Source: Bigelowiella natans CCMP2755 (Eukaryota > Protista > Cercozoa). From it: 39,258 nucleotides of DNA. The translations under genes and the position numbers were made by a program. This document shows, piece by piece, positions 28,006 to 39,258 of this stretch; position 1 is the first letter of the stretch, and every line of letters begins with the position of its first letter. Where the stretch lies: the NCBI GenBank assembly GCA_000320545.1, contig ADNK01001158.1, forward strand, positions 1 to 39,258. The letters are read 5' to 3'. The notes below the pieces were generated by a model. That model made no database searches. It worked only from the letters and a program-made list of their open reading frames with translations, and was not told where the DNA came from.

Positions 28006-29513
28006 CTATTTTTCTGGACTAGCTGGTAGGGCATCCGAAGATGGAGCATGTTCCGATTTCCCAAGATAAGAGTCAGTTCTGTTCGAAAACCAAGCGTAGA
28101 TATCAGCCTAAGAACATTTTCTCAGCTAGATTATTGTTAGAGAAATATTTACGTGCACAGTTGTATACTCATACAAATGTCGTCGGGCCGTCGGAATGGA
28201 ATGAGCTTGCCAACATCACCCCATAAGCGTAGCTAGTACATCAAAGTGTTAAAGAATGAAACTATGCGGTATCGACATTTACGAGATATATGAAAAGGTA
28301 TCACAAATCGAGGGGAAATATGGAAAACAATACTACCAATGCACCACAGTGCTCGAAGTAAGGGAGGGGCATGTGGTCTTGGCACATATTCTGAGCAGTG
28401 TGAATTATATATATGACAACAATATTTTTTAAGACAGTTGGATATATTCAGAGAAAGGATTCAAGCTAGGTATATAGTTTTTTTCTTTTACATCAAGCAT
28501 GTTGTAGGCCTCGTGAATCAAACCAGAGTTTGCAGCCATTTTATGGTGACGTGGTAAGTTGTATCTGATAATTTTGCAGGAACTCAGGACTTGATAATCG
28601 AATGACAGAGACTCAACATTAGCATAGCACTAATGAAACAAAAACGTGTTTACCGATGAATAGGGGCATGGTAGGGAAGATTGATGCCAGGGCCTGGTAA
28701 TCCTTTAGAACCACTGCCAGCCGTTGACTCCGCCTCAACTTCGAGCAAGTTCTGTCGATTAACAGCGCGTTTCTCTACTTTATGGCTTCTGCGCATATCT
28801 TTGGCAGGCCTCTTATTCACGCTTCTGTTTGAGCTCTTGCTGCCTTCTTTCAGTTTTATCACTCTTATCATTTCGCGACGAGCTTCACGAAGGCTAGGGT
28901 GGTAATTTTGTCCTTTTTTTACCGATTTCTTGGCGTTCGAAGTAGCAGTTTCATTTGTTGTGGCCTTTTGATCCGCAGTTGCGTTATTCTCCAGAAAGAT
29001 AAAAGGATCCAAAGAGCTCTATCATAAATATCAATCGAGATTATCATGTTCATGCGGTCGTGTGGCGTTTGCAGAGAAAAAGAATGATTCGAATTTATTA
29101 CATCGCTGACGTCGAGTCCATATCCGCCGCCCCAACCACCGTAACTCCCATATCCTTGACGATATGGATATCCATATCCGTAACCAAAACCAGCATATGG
29201 AGCACTCGCCCAATGATTCATCGTTGACATATATTCAACGGGATTTCCTGCTAAGTTGGCTACAACCTAAGCATATATTTTGCGTCGTTGGAAAACAAAC
29301 TCTACGTGTTCGTTTGACTCCCGCTCTAAATTACCTGTTGAATGAAGTATTGACACGCTACGCAAGCTTTGTCATCTGATGTCGGTGTCTGTGCACTGTT
29401 AGATGATTCAAACGTTAGGATTGCAGACTTCCAATGTAGTTTAAGGTGAGTTACATTGAAAAAATGACGATTTGCATCCATATAGCCTGACGCAAAAGAT
29501 TCCTAGCCATCAT
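28006..29513 (-). CDS. Probably secreted saposin B-type (SAPLIP) domain protein with a large internal insertion, about 8 exons
   Basis: In-phase GT-AG assembly: MMARNLLRQAIWMQIVIFSIA-QTPTSDDKACVACQYFIQQVVANL... [Gly/Tyr-rich and basic insert] ...HEAYNMLDNMCQDHMPLPYFEHCGALLRLWGDVGKLIPFRRPDDICMSIQLCT. The six cysteines follow the SapB order CxxC...C...C...PxxICxxxxLC. Confidence 0.7.
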
Positions 29514-29694
29514 GGTCCCTTAGCCTAAAAGCAGATGATAGTCCGACAAGTTCCAGCTCTCGACCTATCGCCGCCAATTCTTTGCAACGGAAATCTTTCT
29601 AGTTCTGATGCTTTGTATCTTTTACCCACGAAGATACGAGCCCGATCGGTCCTCTGATCCTAGCAGCGAACTCTATAAATCACCCGAAAGCAAT

Positions 29695-29894
29695 TGTGGA
29701 TAACCTCCAATTTACAGTACGTGCTGTGGATAACCTCCCCCCCCCCCCAGCTTGTCAGCGGGATTAAAACTGTGAAGAGGTCACGCCACAGAATTCAAAA
29801 ATTTGTGAAGACAAACCGAGAAAATAAAAATCATGTAGAGATTATCTGGAGACTCTCAGCATCAATCCCAAGTAGAGATTATATGGAGACTCTC
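29695..29894. promoter_or_regulatory. Bidirectional promoter region with two pairs of short direct repeats
   Basis: TGTGGATAACCTCC at 29695 and 29725, and GTAGAGATTAT(C/A)TGGAGACTCTC at 29835 and 29872, between divergent starts at 29513 and 29959. Confidence 0.5.
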
Positions 29895-29958
29895 TTCGTT
29901 TGTCTCTATCTCCGAAACGTCTCGGGATCATTCGCACAAACTCCCGACCCGACCCACC

Positions 29959-31852
29959 ATGGACGCATTCACCAGGAAGGAGATTCAGAAAGGTGAAGTA
30001 CCTGTAACACAAGTATTCTTTTACCATTTCTAATGCTTATCTTCTCTCAATACCTAAGTTCTAACACAGTGATGAATTGAATGTGTTAAAGTGATCGATG
30101 CTGGACTAGCTGAGGACCTGATGGAACTCGGGGATTTATCATCGAAGGTAGTACCCAACACTTTTGTGTGTACCCTTGCGCAACTGCGAGATAACTCCTC
30201 CGAAATAACACAACCGGGCGCTCAATTTTCTTTCGATAGTCGGCTGTTCCTGAGGGATGCCTTGCGCGCGGGCGCTTCCTCGCCAAAGCTGATGGAGTAC
30301 TTGCCGGTTTGAAGGTAAGCTCGCATTTTTTTATGCTTCGCAATGACATTTATTTGTATCGGATAAATGTGCTTGTTGAAGGTTGCAGAAATGGTGTTCG
30401 CAAGCGTTGACCCGAAAATCAAGATTAGCTGGACAAAGAGCGACGGAGATTACGTAACCAGGTAGCACAACTCTTTTGAACCTAATTCGATTTTTTGGAG
30501 GGCATTTTGAAATGATCTAGTTTCAACCAAAGCATCAACCGGTATCACCATACCTGCATATCTATTAGGGGAACCTACTTTGGGAATGTTGATGGTCCTG
30601 CTGAATCTGTGCTCACTGGAGAAAGGCTTGCGCTCAACTTGATGCAAGTCATCCCATCATCCATACTACAAGTCGTAACTTTTAAGTTGAAACTTAGGAC
30701 TTATTTCACTTACTTTCTTAGCGAATGAGTGGGATCGCCACGCAAACAAACTGCATGGTGGAGCAGGTGAGATATTGACCAACTCTTTTGCCAACATGAG
30801 AGAAATTCCATTTGAAAAACAAGAATTTCACATGTTTTCTCACAGGTAAGGCCATACCGAACTAAGATATTGGACACTCGAAAGACAGCACCGGGCCTCA
30901 GGTCGCCATGAACGTTTATCCCCCATCATTTTATGTATGAAATTTATTCTGTCGTTTACCTATCTCCCATAGATATGTGGATAAGTTGGCTTGCTCCATT
31001 GGAGGTGGGACAAATCATCGGATGGGACTTTATGACATGGTGGTGTTTATCAACATCTTCCTCATATATATTCAAAACCTACATTAGCAATTATCACAGG
31101 TGATGATTAAAGACAATCATATAACTTCGGCCGGGGGGCTCACAAATGCGGTCAATAAGGTACAAACTCGCAAGGCGATGTTCCACATTGCTAATACTGA
31201 AAGATTAGGTTGTTTCCTATCTGGAAAAACGTGGTCTCAAAGGCAAAATTCCAATCGAAGTTGAAACACGGTATCTACATTGTCGTTAGTATTTGCATCC
31301 TGAAAAGATGTACAAAAATTGACAGTACTCTTGAGGAGGTGAAAGAAGCGCTCACTTGCAAAGACAAGGTCTTTAGCGTGTTGAAACTAGATGTGTTTGT
31401 TGCGGTCAATGTGACACTCAAGAAAGATATATTGTTTATTATTAGATTGATCGCGTGATGTTGGATAATATGAGCAAAATGGTCGATGAGAAGACTAGTC
31501 GCGTGGATACAACGATGCTGCAGCAAGTACGATAATTAAAGCTCTGTTTAAAATTGTTCACTTATCTATTTCAATATCCAGGCCCTAAGCTTGATTAAAG
31601 GACAAATTGCAACTGAAGCGTCAGGAAACATCACTCTCGAGACCGTCAAACAAGTCGCAGCATCTGGGTATTATTTACGTCATGAATAAAAAAATTAGTA
31701 AAATGTTTAGTATCACTTGGAAAACTAATTCAGGATCAATAAACTATGTACCTACTACATTTAGGGTCGATTACATCAGCAGCGGAGCATTGACTCACTC
31801 TGTGATGGCATTAGACATATCCCTGAAAGTGAAGCTCATTAGCAAACTGTGA
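29959..31852 (+). CDS. nadC: Quinolinate phosphoribosyltransferase (nicotinate-nucleotide pyrophosphorylase), multi-exon
   Basis: Motifs GLAED...GD, [57 protein letters not shown] and VDYISSGALTHSVMALDISLK. Confidence 0.96.
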
Positions 31853-31892
31853 TCGAAAACTACTATAAATACGCATATCGTGAGTGCGCGGT

Positions 31893-32006
31893 TGAAACAA
31901 GGCCCTTAATCAAAAGCGGTGAAATTGATCGAATTCTCATGTTTTGCGGATGTATGGATGAAACAAGGCCCTCCAATGGAAGCGGTGAATTTAATCGAAT
32001 TCTCAT
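31893..32006. repeat. Imperfect direct duplication (48 bp core, 66 bp period)
   Basis: TGAAACAAGGCCCT..AAGCGGTGAA.TT.ATCGAATTCTCAT at 31893-31940 and 31959-32006. Confidence 0.85.
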
Positions 32007-32585
32007 AAATTATGCATTATAGACATTGCATTCAAGTACTTATATGCATGTGGTAGCAGTGCTATATGTTGCTTTCGTAGACACATAACTAGATAACGAG
32101 CTTTAGCTAATAGATGGCATGCGTTGCTACACAGAGCTAAAGCGGCAGCTTACGTATGTGTGTGTGCTATGGCGGTAGATCGGCGCGTACCTTCATACTG
32201 TGTTCATGTGAGAACACGCAGGCTCAAAAGTGCGATTACAAAACATGGAGCACAGCCATGTTTTGCTAGCTTAGCTCAACTGCACCGTCGTCTACTGTGC
32301 AAAGCAATGTAGACACATGTAGAGCTCATGACGAGCACACACGTGCAGCAAATGAGCATCATGGTGCATGAATCACAACCAGCACCGTGCAATGATACGC
32401 GACACAGTAGTCTAGTAGTAGCCGCCGAAGACAGCTAGCATACATCATTATTGGTTGCCTGGATATATTTTCTAATGAACCAAACTACAGCGGTCACTCC
32501 GCGACACTTTTTATCGTCTTGATACATCGACTGTCTAGGCTTTTGCTGGATACAAAGAGCTAGCTGTTTCTGGCTTACGCTTGAC

Positions 32586-33782
32586 TTATGAAATGATACA
32601 AGAATATTTACGCTGAGATTTGCTAAGATTTGCACTTGCTGTGACTGCTGGTGGATCGTGCCAGGGATTCTTGGCTTGTGATGAAGATAATAATGATATT
32701 GATGAAGACGGGGGCGCAAGAATCGGATCAGGTCCTGCAGCTTGAATTGCATCTATAATGTGAGCGCATCTTCCTCCGACGGCACACTCTTCTTTGTTAG
32801 AGAGATGTTTTTCCAGAATGTTAGCCTCTTCTTGGAGACATCTAAGCTCTTTTTGCAATTTTCCGACGTTATTAAGAGGGCCATGATCTTTTCCTGTCTG
32901 GCTAGATTCCTTATAATCATGATACCATTCGAGCCAATTTCCATTCGAATGATTGGGAATTTTGACCTCTAAGTCTGGACGCTGCATCCATTCCCACACA
33001 ACAGGCGGAAATTCGCATAGGGTTCTGTTGTTCGTAAGATCCAATAATTTTACTGAAGACATTTCTGCGAGTTCCGAAGGTACAGATAAAAGTGAATTGT
33101 TGGAGAGATTTAACACTGTCAAGTGCTTGAAGTAGGAGAAAATCTCACGGGGAATTTTATGCAAGCCCTGTGAACTGAGGTCGAGAATTTGGATCTCTAA
33201 CAAAAAATGCTCTAACGGCTTTTCTACTGGGACATCGTGTTCTTCCAGCCATCGTTCCAAGAGGATCAGATTGTTGCCCAACGACTCAATTCGGTTGCCT
33301 CTTGTTCGCAACAGGCCCAAAGACGTTAATTTTGCAATGTTCGAGTTTAAGGATACGATGAAGTTATTGCTGAGGTCAAGTACTCGCAATGATTTTTGAA
33401 AAGATACCACTGCGGCATCAGATATATTAAACGATTTTATGACATTGTTACTGAGATCGAGTACTTCTAAGCTATCCGTATTTGCGTTGTAAATGTTGAA
33501 ATCCTTGAACAAATTGTTGCTGAGATTTAAATATTTCAGAGCAATTGCCTTGATGAATATTTCAGAAGGAAAAGATTGTAACTGGCACTTTGCGCAATTC
33601 AGTATTGTAAGAACGCTCCAATTCATAGATTCTGGGCATTTGTACAGCCGTGGTGGTATTAGACAAGTTTTCTGAAGGATATGACTGATTTCTTGTTCCT
33701 GACAGGCATACGCTTTCCTAGTTAAGCTGGAACAGCAGTCACTGCTACTGTCTTCCGCATTCAGAACCCATCTTGGGATCAT
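32586..33782 (-). CDS. Leucine-rich repeat protein with a short C-terminal coiled coil (true 5' end uncertain)
   Basis: 398-aa ORF with repeated LxxLxLxxN units (LKYLNLSNN, LEVLDLSNN, LRVLDLSNN, LTVLNLSNN, VKLLDLTNN). Confidence 0.85.
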   Translation of the reverse strand: MIPRWVLNAEDSSSDCCSSLTRKAYACQEQEISHILQKTCLIPPRLYKCPESMNWSVLTILNCAKCQLQSFPSEIFIKAIALKYLNLSNNLFKDFNIYNANTDSLEVLDLSNNVIKSFNISDAAVVSFQKSLRVLDLSNNFIVSLNSNIAKLTSLGLLRTRGNRIESLGNNLILLERWLEEHDVPVEKPLEHFLLEIQILDLSSQGLHKIPREIFSYFKHLTVLNLSNNSLLSVPSELAEMSSVKLLDLTNNRTLCEFPPVVWEWMQRPDLEVKIPNHSNGNWLEWYHDYKESSQTGKDHGPLNNVGKLQKELRCLQEEANILEKHLSNKEECAVGGRCAHIIDAIQAAGPDPILAPPSSSISLLSSSQAKNPWHDPPAVTASANLSKSQRKYSCIIS

Positions 33783-34172
33783 CGTCCTGCTATCTTTGCA
33801 GTGCTTCGAGAATGGGGGTTCGGTTCCGTTTTTGGTTCATCATTGAGAAGCTCAAAAAGCTTGCTCTCTCATCCGGAAGCTGATTGAGTTTGCTCATTCG
33901 ACGAATTTAAGGAATTGCCCATCATATTTTCTATGAACGACATGCAAATCTGCAAATCAACTATTATCTCAGATGCTCAAGACTCTGTTAAAACTATTAC
34001 TTTGAGCGTCCGCCGAAGACAAAGAGGGTCCCGGACCCTGAAACTTTCTGAGTATTCGCCTAGCTTTCTTGGGAACGACATCCCATCCTAGAAAGAACCT
34101 TCTGAAGTTGGGTTGGGGTGTTCACTCAGAGAGAGTAGTTCGGGAACAGCTGTTGGGTTTTGAGGAGTGCTT

Positions 34173-34213
<41 letters not shown>
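34173..34213. repeat. (TTG)n microsatellite
   Basis: Directly visible. Confidence 0.95.
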
Positions 34214-34562
34214 ACCAACATGATCCCCATTTGTTGGAAGAAACACCACAGAGAAAAAGCGGCTGAGTAGCTAGATAAAAAATAAACGCATATTTATATC
34301 TAAAATAAACGCATATTTTTATCCAGGAATATCGTAACTTGCTTAAATATTGTTGTTGTAGCTTCCAGGTGCAAGTAGTTTGAGAGATGTGATCAATTAT
34401 TTCTGTTCGATTATGGACCGGCAGAAAATGGACTAAAAAGAAGAAGAAGCGACAACACACAAAACACACTTGAACACCTCAAAACGTTTGTCGTTCTCGG
34501 TTACGTTTCAGTTTCTCGTCCAGTTTCTGTCCCTACCCTAGCCTGGATTCACTCCCCTCAAA

Positions 34563-36355
34563 ATGGCAAAACTGAGCAAAAAGGAGAAGAAGGCTTTAAA
34601 GAAGGCCAGGGCAGAGGCTGCTAAATTGTATGCTTTCCTCCTATCTCTGAACATCTAACTATTCCAGCGATACACATACAAACAACATCAAGAATTCTAA
34701 TGTATTCGTCGAATGTATCTCACCTGAATGTTGGGTATTCAGAGAGGCTGCGAGGAAGGAAGCTGAAAAGAAAGCAGCTGAGGCTGAGACCGCCCGACTG
34801 TACATAGCTAAAATGAAGTTTCTACGAGAAAAACTTCCAGAGATTCTTACAAATCCATGGATACTAGTCCAGGTGATTTTTTTGTATGCCCCTTTTTTAT
34901 CGTTGCTTCGTCACAATTGTGTGAATGTCGGATTATCGAACTTAGGAAGAGGATGTTGGCATTGAATTTCTAGATGCTTATTCTCTGGCTGTTCGAAACT
35001 CAAAGTATCACATGTATCACATGGCTTTCCCTCCCGTCGAAGTCGAGGAACCAGAGGAGGAAGAAGAGGAGGAGGTGAAGGATGAAGGCGTAAAAGAGGA
35101 GGAGAAGAAAGGTGAGGAGAAAAAAGAAGAAAATAAGCAAGAAGAGTTAAAGGCGAAGGAAAAGAAGGAACCAACCATGTTGATGGCTACGCCTGTGGAG
35201 GAAGAAGGGTGGGGGCTTCGTGATATCCCAGCCCACTACATCCCGGCCGGAGCACTTCCAAAATCTAGAGAACCAGGATTAAGTGCATTACAGCAGCTTG
35301 TCAATCAGTGCAATGAAGCTATGATGCAGGTATCATTATGTTTATATTTATGTTGCACCCCCTTTGCAGATAAATTGATCGCTGATCTGGTTTTTGCTTG
35401 TTAACGGCAGCTGGCAGAATTTGCATCGACCCAGCCTTCTTTCCTATTTAAGTCTCCGCAAAATCTTAAATATGTAGCATATGCTGCGAGGTACCAAGCT
35501 GCATTATTAGACCCTACATATGTCGCTGATTCTCAGCCGGACGAAAACATCGTTGATGATCGCCCGTTGGCAAAGGACGATGGTACCCTTGAGGAAGGGG
35601 TTACGAAGTGTTATGACCACAATGTGATTCTCTCCGTCCTACTCAACTTGGTGAAAGCTACGATAGAGCTACCGGGACAAGATGTTGTTTTAGAAAGAAT
35701 ACCCCAATTTTATCCTCCAGAACCCGAACCTGAACCGCAGCCCGAGCCGGAAGCGCCTGCCAAAAAAGGCAAGAAGGACAAGAAAAAGGACAAAAAAGGC
35801 AAGGGCGGCAAGAAGGGGAAAAAAGGACAGAAGGAGGAGGAAAAGAAGGAAGAGGAAAAGAAAGAGGAGGAAAAGAAAGAGGAGAAAGTGCAGCGCCCCC
35901 CTTTGCCAGATATAATTAAATCTGAATTCATCGATCATTTGCTTCGATTCGCAACAGTAATGCACCCAAAATTGTGGCAAGAGGAGCGCATTAAACAGCA
36001 GGAGGAACAAAAAGCTAAGGAAGCTGCTGCTAAAGCAGCAGCAGAAGCCAAAAAGGCATCTGAGGAAGAATCCGAGAAAAAATCAAAGAAAAAGACCAGG
36101 AAGAAGAAACAGGAGCCCGAGACAAAGAAAAGGGATCCACGATTAGCAAAGCTGCAGATTGCACCACATGTTCCTACTCTTGTCAGCGTCCTCTCTGCTT
36201 TAAAAACCATGAGTTCTTCGCGCGATGTCAAGTTATTTGTCAAGCAACATGCAATGTGGGCTCCGTTTCTCAAGCTATCTTCGGGTGAGCAAATTGGGTT
36301 TGACGAAGATTTTCAAACGCTGGCAAAGGAAGTTGTTACAGCGTATGAAGAATAA
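34563..36355 (+). CDS. Uncharacterised Lys/Glu-rich protein with helical segments (about 4 exons)
   Basis: MAKLSKKEKKALKKARAEAAK start, GT-AG junctions linking to ORFs 35012-35404 and 35567-36355, purine-rich coding-like composition. No family recognised. Confidence 0.75.
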
Positions 36356-37118
36356 GAAGTAGTAGATGAAAGTGCGTTGGATATTAAGAAGACATAGAAT
36401 AAAGCATGCACGATCCTGAGACTGTGACAGTTATAGCAACACGTACGTCAACACAACGGAACGCTCAAGAGCAATGCATGTTAATAAGGCGCGCTCGCCA
36501 ATTTACACTTCAAAATGGGTTCTGTAGTCTCATGACACTTCATGTAACACATACGCGCAAACTTGACCGCCGAAGATGACTAGATGACAACAGCATATTG
36601 TCGCGCACACGCACGCATTCTAGCATTGTGTGCTTGTCAGCAAACACTAATAATGTCATTGCATTGCACGCGCGTGCAATGCATAAGCGACACCACACAT
36701 CTAGATATGCGCAGCAACTATAGCTAGCTTCTAGCTAGAACGACATGCAACTGCTATAGCCACGCATTGTTCACGATACGGCTGCTACTAGCTAGCTAGG
36801 CTACATGATGATCAACATGCATGTCACGTACATGCAAGCAGGCGCTGCATACGATACGTAGCACTATGCTGGAGCATGCTAGCTAGATGCATGCTAACAT
36901 GCCCACGTGGTCAATGGATGATGTGCACGTGAGTGCCATATGTATGTCAAATTTGCACATGACTAGATGGGGCTCTAACATAATTGCTATAGCTTGCGAT
37001 AATTCATGTCCAGCCGAATCTGAGTTATTACACAGACAACTGGTAGACGAAGCTCATAAATTCACTCTAACCATTGCCTGCCAAATATATTCCCTGTGCA
37101 GCAGTGTCCTTTACGATT

Positions 37119-37811
37119 TTACGGGTAGAACTTTATGATTTCCAGTATCGACATTATTTCCTTGTCGTATGCAAAATGATCCACGACGACCGCACTGACA
37201 TCTATGTTCTCAACTCCTCCGACATTTTGGATCTGAAGTAGTAGGCATGCGCAATAGCTCTTCAGTACGAATAATTATTTACTGATAAAGTCATATAGAA
37301 TCGAAGGATTCCTTCATTAGGCAGCTAGAAGTTTTTGAGGATATTGACAATTCTGCCGCTACTGTAAACGTATTATTAGTATTCCTCTCTCTCTTCTGCT
37401 TACTACCGGTTGGATTCCGGCGAGAGAATAGGACATTTCACTGGATCTCACAAGCACGCGTAGCAGCCAATCCAATGGGGAATACACATTGACTAATCTT
37501 CCTGCCACAACTTGTCGTACCTTGCGCCATCGCTGAGCATTGGGATACGATCGCGAAAAGTCAAAAAAATGTTTTGCATAGATCACGGCAGTACCAACAA
37601 AAATGGCGGTCACAACAGCAGCAGTCGTGTTAATGATAAGGACGATGATACACACCGAAGATAAAGTACACAATATATGTTTCGCATCAGTTTCAGATTT
37701 AGTACACGATTCTCTTCAATGGTTTTTACATTCGTATCAGCGCTCACAGCAGCCCCCATCAAAACGACATCCATTACCATACTTCGAGGATTCTCCTGAG
37801 TAATAGCAGTG

Positions 37812-37844
<33 letters not shown>

Positions 37845-38181
37845 ATCAAGTGAAAAGATATGTGCTGGCATACAGAGCAGCTTCCCCTTTCAAATTAACT
37901 GTATCATCGCTGCTGCCATATATCATTTGTGGGTATCATCACAAGAGTAAGGCAGTGATAACAAAGTAAGGCATCAGAAATAGATTGGAAAATACAGTAC
38001 TAGTTAGTTGTCGAAGGAGAAGCTGTATGCACCAATGCAACCTACCTTTCCATGATCGTAGAAACGAGGAGGCTTATTGCCTCCATTACCTTGCTGCCCT
38101 TCTCCCCTTTCTTTGTGGCCACTACCCCTATTTTCCTTCCTTTCTTCTCCATGCTCATGTCCTGCTCCGTCCTTCATATCC

Positions 38182-38219
<38 letters not shown>

Positions 38220-39185
38220 TGGTGAACGTACGTACTAGTGTCATGCGATGATGATGATGATAATGATGATGATGATGATGAGTAGTATTATTAATTGGCA
38301 AAATTTCCTTCTCATCCACTTCATAAATTGCACAGATTCATACGACAGCAAAACCGCTAATTTACGATTCACTGTCATAAGCATTTTCGTTGTCTTCTCC
38401 TACAAAAACTAACAATTTTCGTTTTTTCGAGTTGTTGTTATGCCCTTCCACCGTTTTTCTGATCGTTGTTCACGGTTGCCGGTACACGATCAATTAACAA
38501 CATCATCAGTATATCACCTGCCTCGAAGGCGGGGGGGGCGGAGCTGTTTGTGGTCCGTCATGATCTTGGTCTACTTGTTTACTCTCAGCATCATCATTCT
38601 CCTCACCACCACCATCACCTGCAGCAGCAGCAGCAGCAGCAAGTTTGGAAGAGGGAAAAGGGATAAAATAGTATCATCCGCATCAACGACAACGAGAAGC
38701 CACTGAATGTTTGTTGTAGAAGAGTTTATTTAGAAGTGCGATCATCTTTCCTTCTGAACATGCATATCATCACATGAATCGTTACAAGATTATGTTCTAC
38801 GCAACACCTTTGATACTCATTTCCTCAGCGAGAATCTACAACGGCACCACCACCAGCAGCAGCAGATCATCCGCAAAAACAAAGTGATAGAGTGTGAGCG
38901 TGTAAATTTTGTCAGACTTTCTGTTTGATGCAACCGGCTCATGCAGACTCACCCCCCCCCCCCCTTCCCACAAAACTCACCTCAAGAGCTTTGAACACAA
39001 TTCGCGCACCGAGAGAGTATGCAATGATAGTAATCGGGCGGCTGAAATAGAGCGTGGTTGACTTATTGATATTCAATGTGTACGACAATATATCTATGTG
39101 ATCTACAATATGCACATGTACGCGGCGTGTGTTGTGCATGTATGTGATTCTATGCTCTCTCTCTCTCTCACATACACACATACGC

Positions 39186-39228
<43 letters not shown>

Positions 39229-39258
39229 CTAAAAAACAAATAGCTGTATGCATTAAAT
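37119..39258 (-). CDS. TMCO4/DUF726-family alpha/beta-hydrolase-fold protein, 3' part (5' end lies outside the window)
   Basis: Exons read RPITIIAYSLGARIVFKALE, MVMDVVLMGA, WRKVRQVVAGRLVNVYSPLDWLLRVL..LAGIQPV and GVENIDVSAVVVDHFAY, matching the conserved C-terminal DUF726 motifs. Stop at 37119. Confidence 0.85.

Noticed and set aside
29695-29733. Two perfect bacterial DnaA boxes (TGTGGATAA)
   Set aside because: The context is eukaryotic and intron-rich with no other oriC features. The match is part of a local 14 bp duplication.
33783-33924. MMGNSLN... frame with in-frame TGAs upstream of the LRR ORF (possible readthrough or selenocysteine)
   Set aside because: It is not in frame with the LRR ORF and has no SECIS or homology support. 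More likely 5' UTR/uORF or unresolved splicing.

Overview
Gene-dense, intron-rich eukaryotic nuclear DNA with GT-AG introns (mostly ~55-200 nt) and many microsatellites. A signal-peptide plus transit-peptide leader on folylpolyglutamate synthase suggests an alga with a secondary plastid, possibly chlorarachniophyte-like (inference). Twelve protein-coding genes could be assembled by hand, mostly alternating head-to-head and tail-to-tail: rhomboid protease (-), Slo/BK-type K+ channel (+), ~23-exon arginase (-), Sel1-repeat protein (+), 6-finger C2H2 protein (-), EF-hand/Cys-rich protein (-), FPGS (+), a split saposin-like protein (-), quinolinate phosphoribosyltransferase (+), LRR protein (-), an unknown charged protein (+) and a 5'-truncated TMCO4/DUF726 protein (-). 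The most striking non-genic signal is a set of blocks, one beyond every gene 3' end and none in the divergent promoters, rich in TG/CA/CG and CTAG. In the strongest block (19152-20313) all 14 TpA dinucleotides lie inside CTAG. This fits a localized, context-specific TpA->TpG/CpA hypermutation process (a 'reverse RIP'). A ~70 bp two-box element recurs four times inside these blocks, and its copies differ by TA/TG changes. Exon boundaries were read by eye and are approximate.
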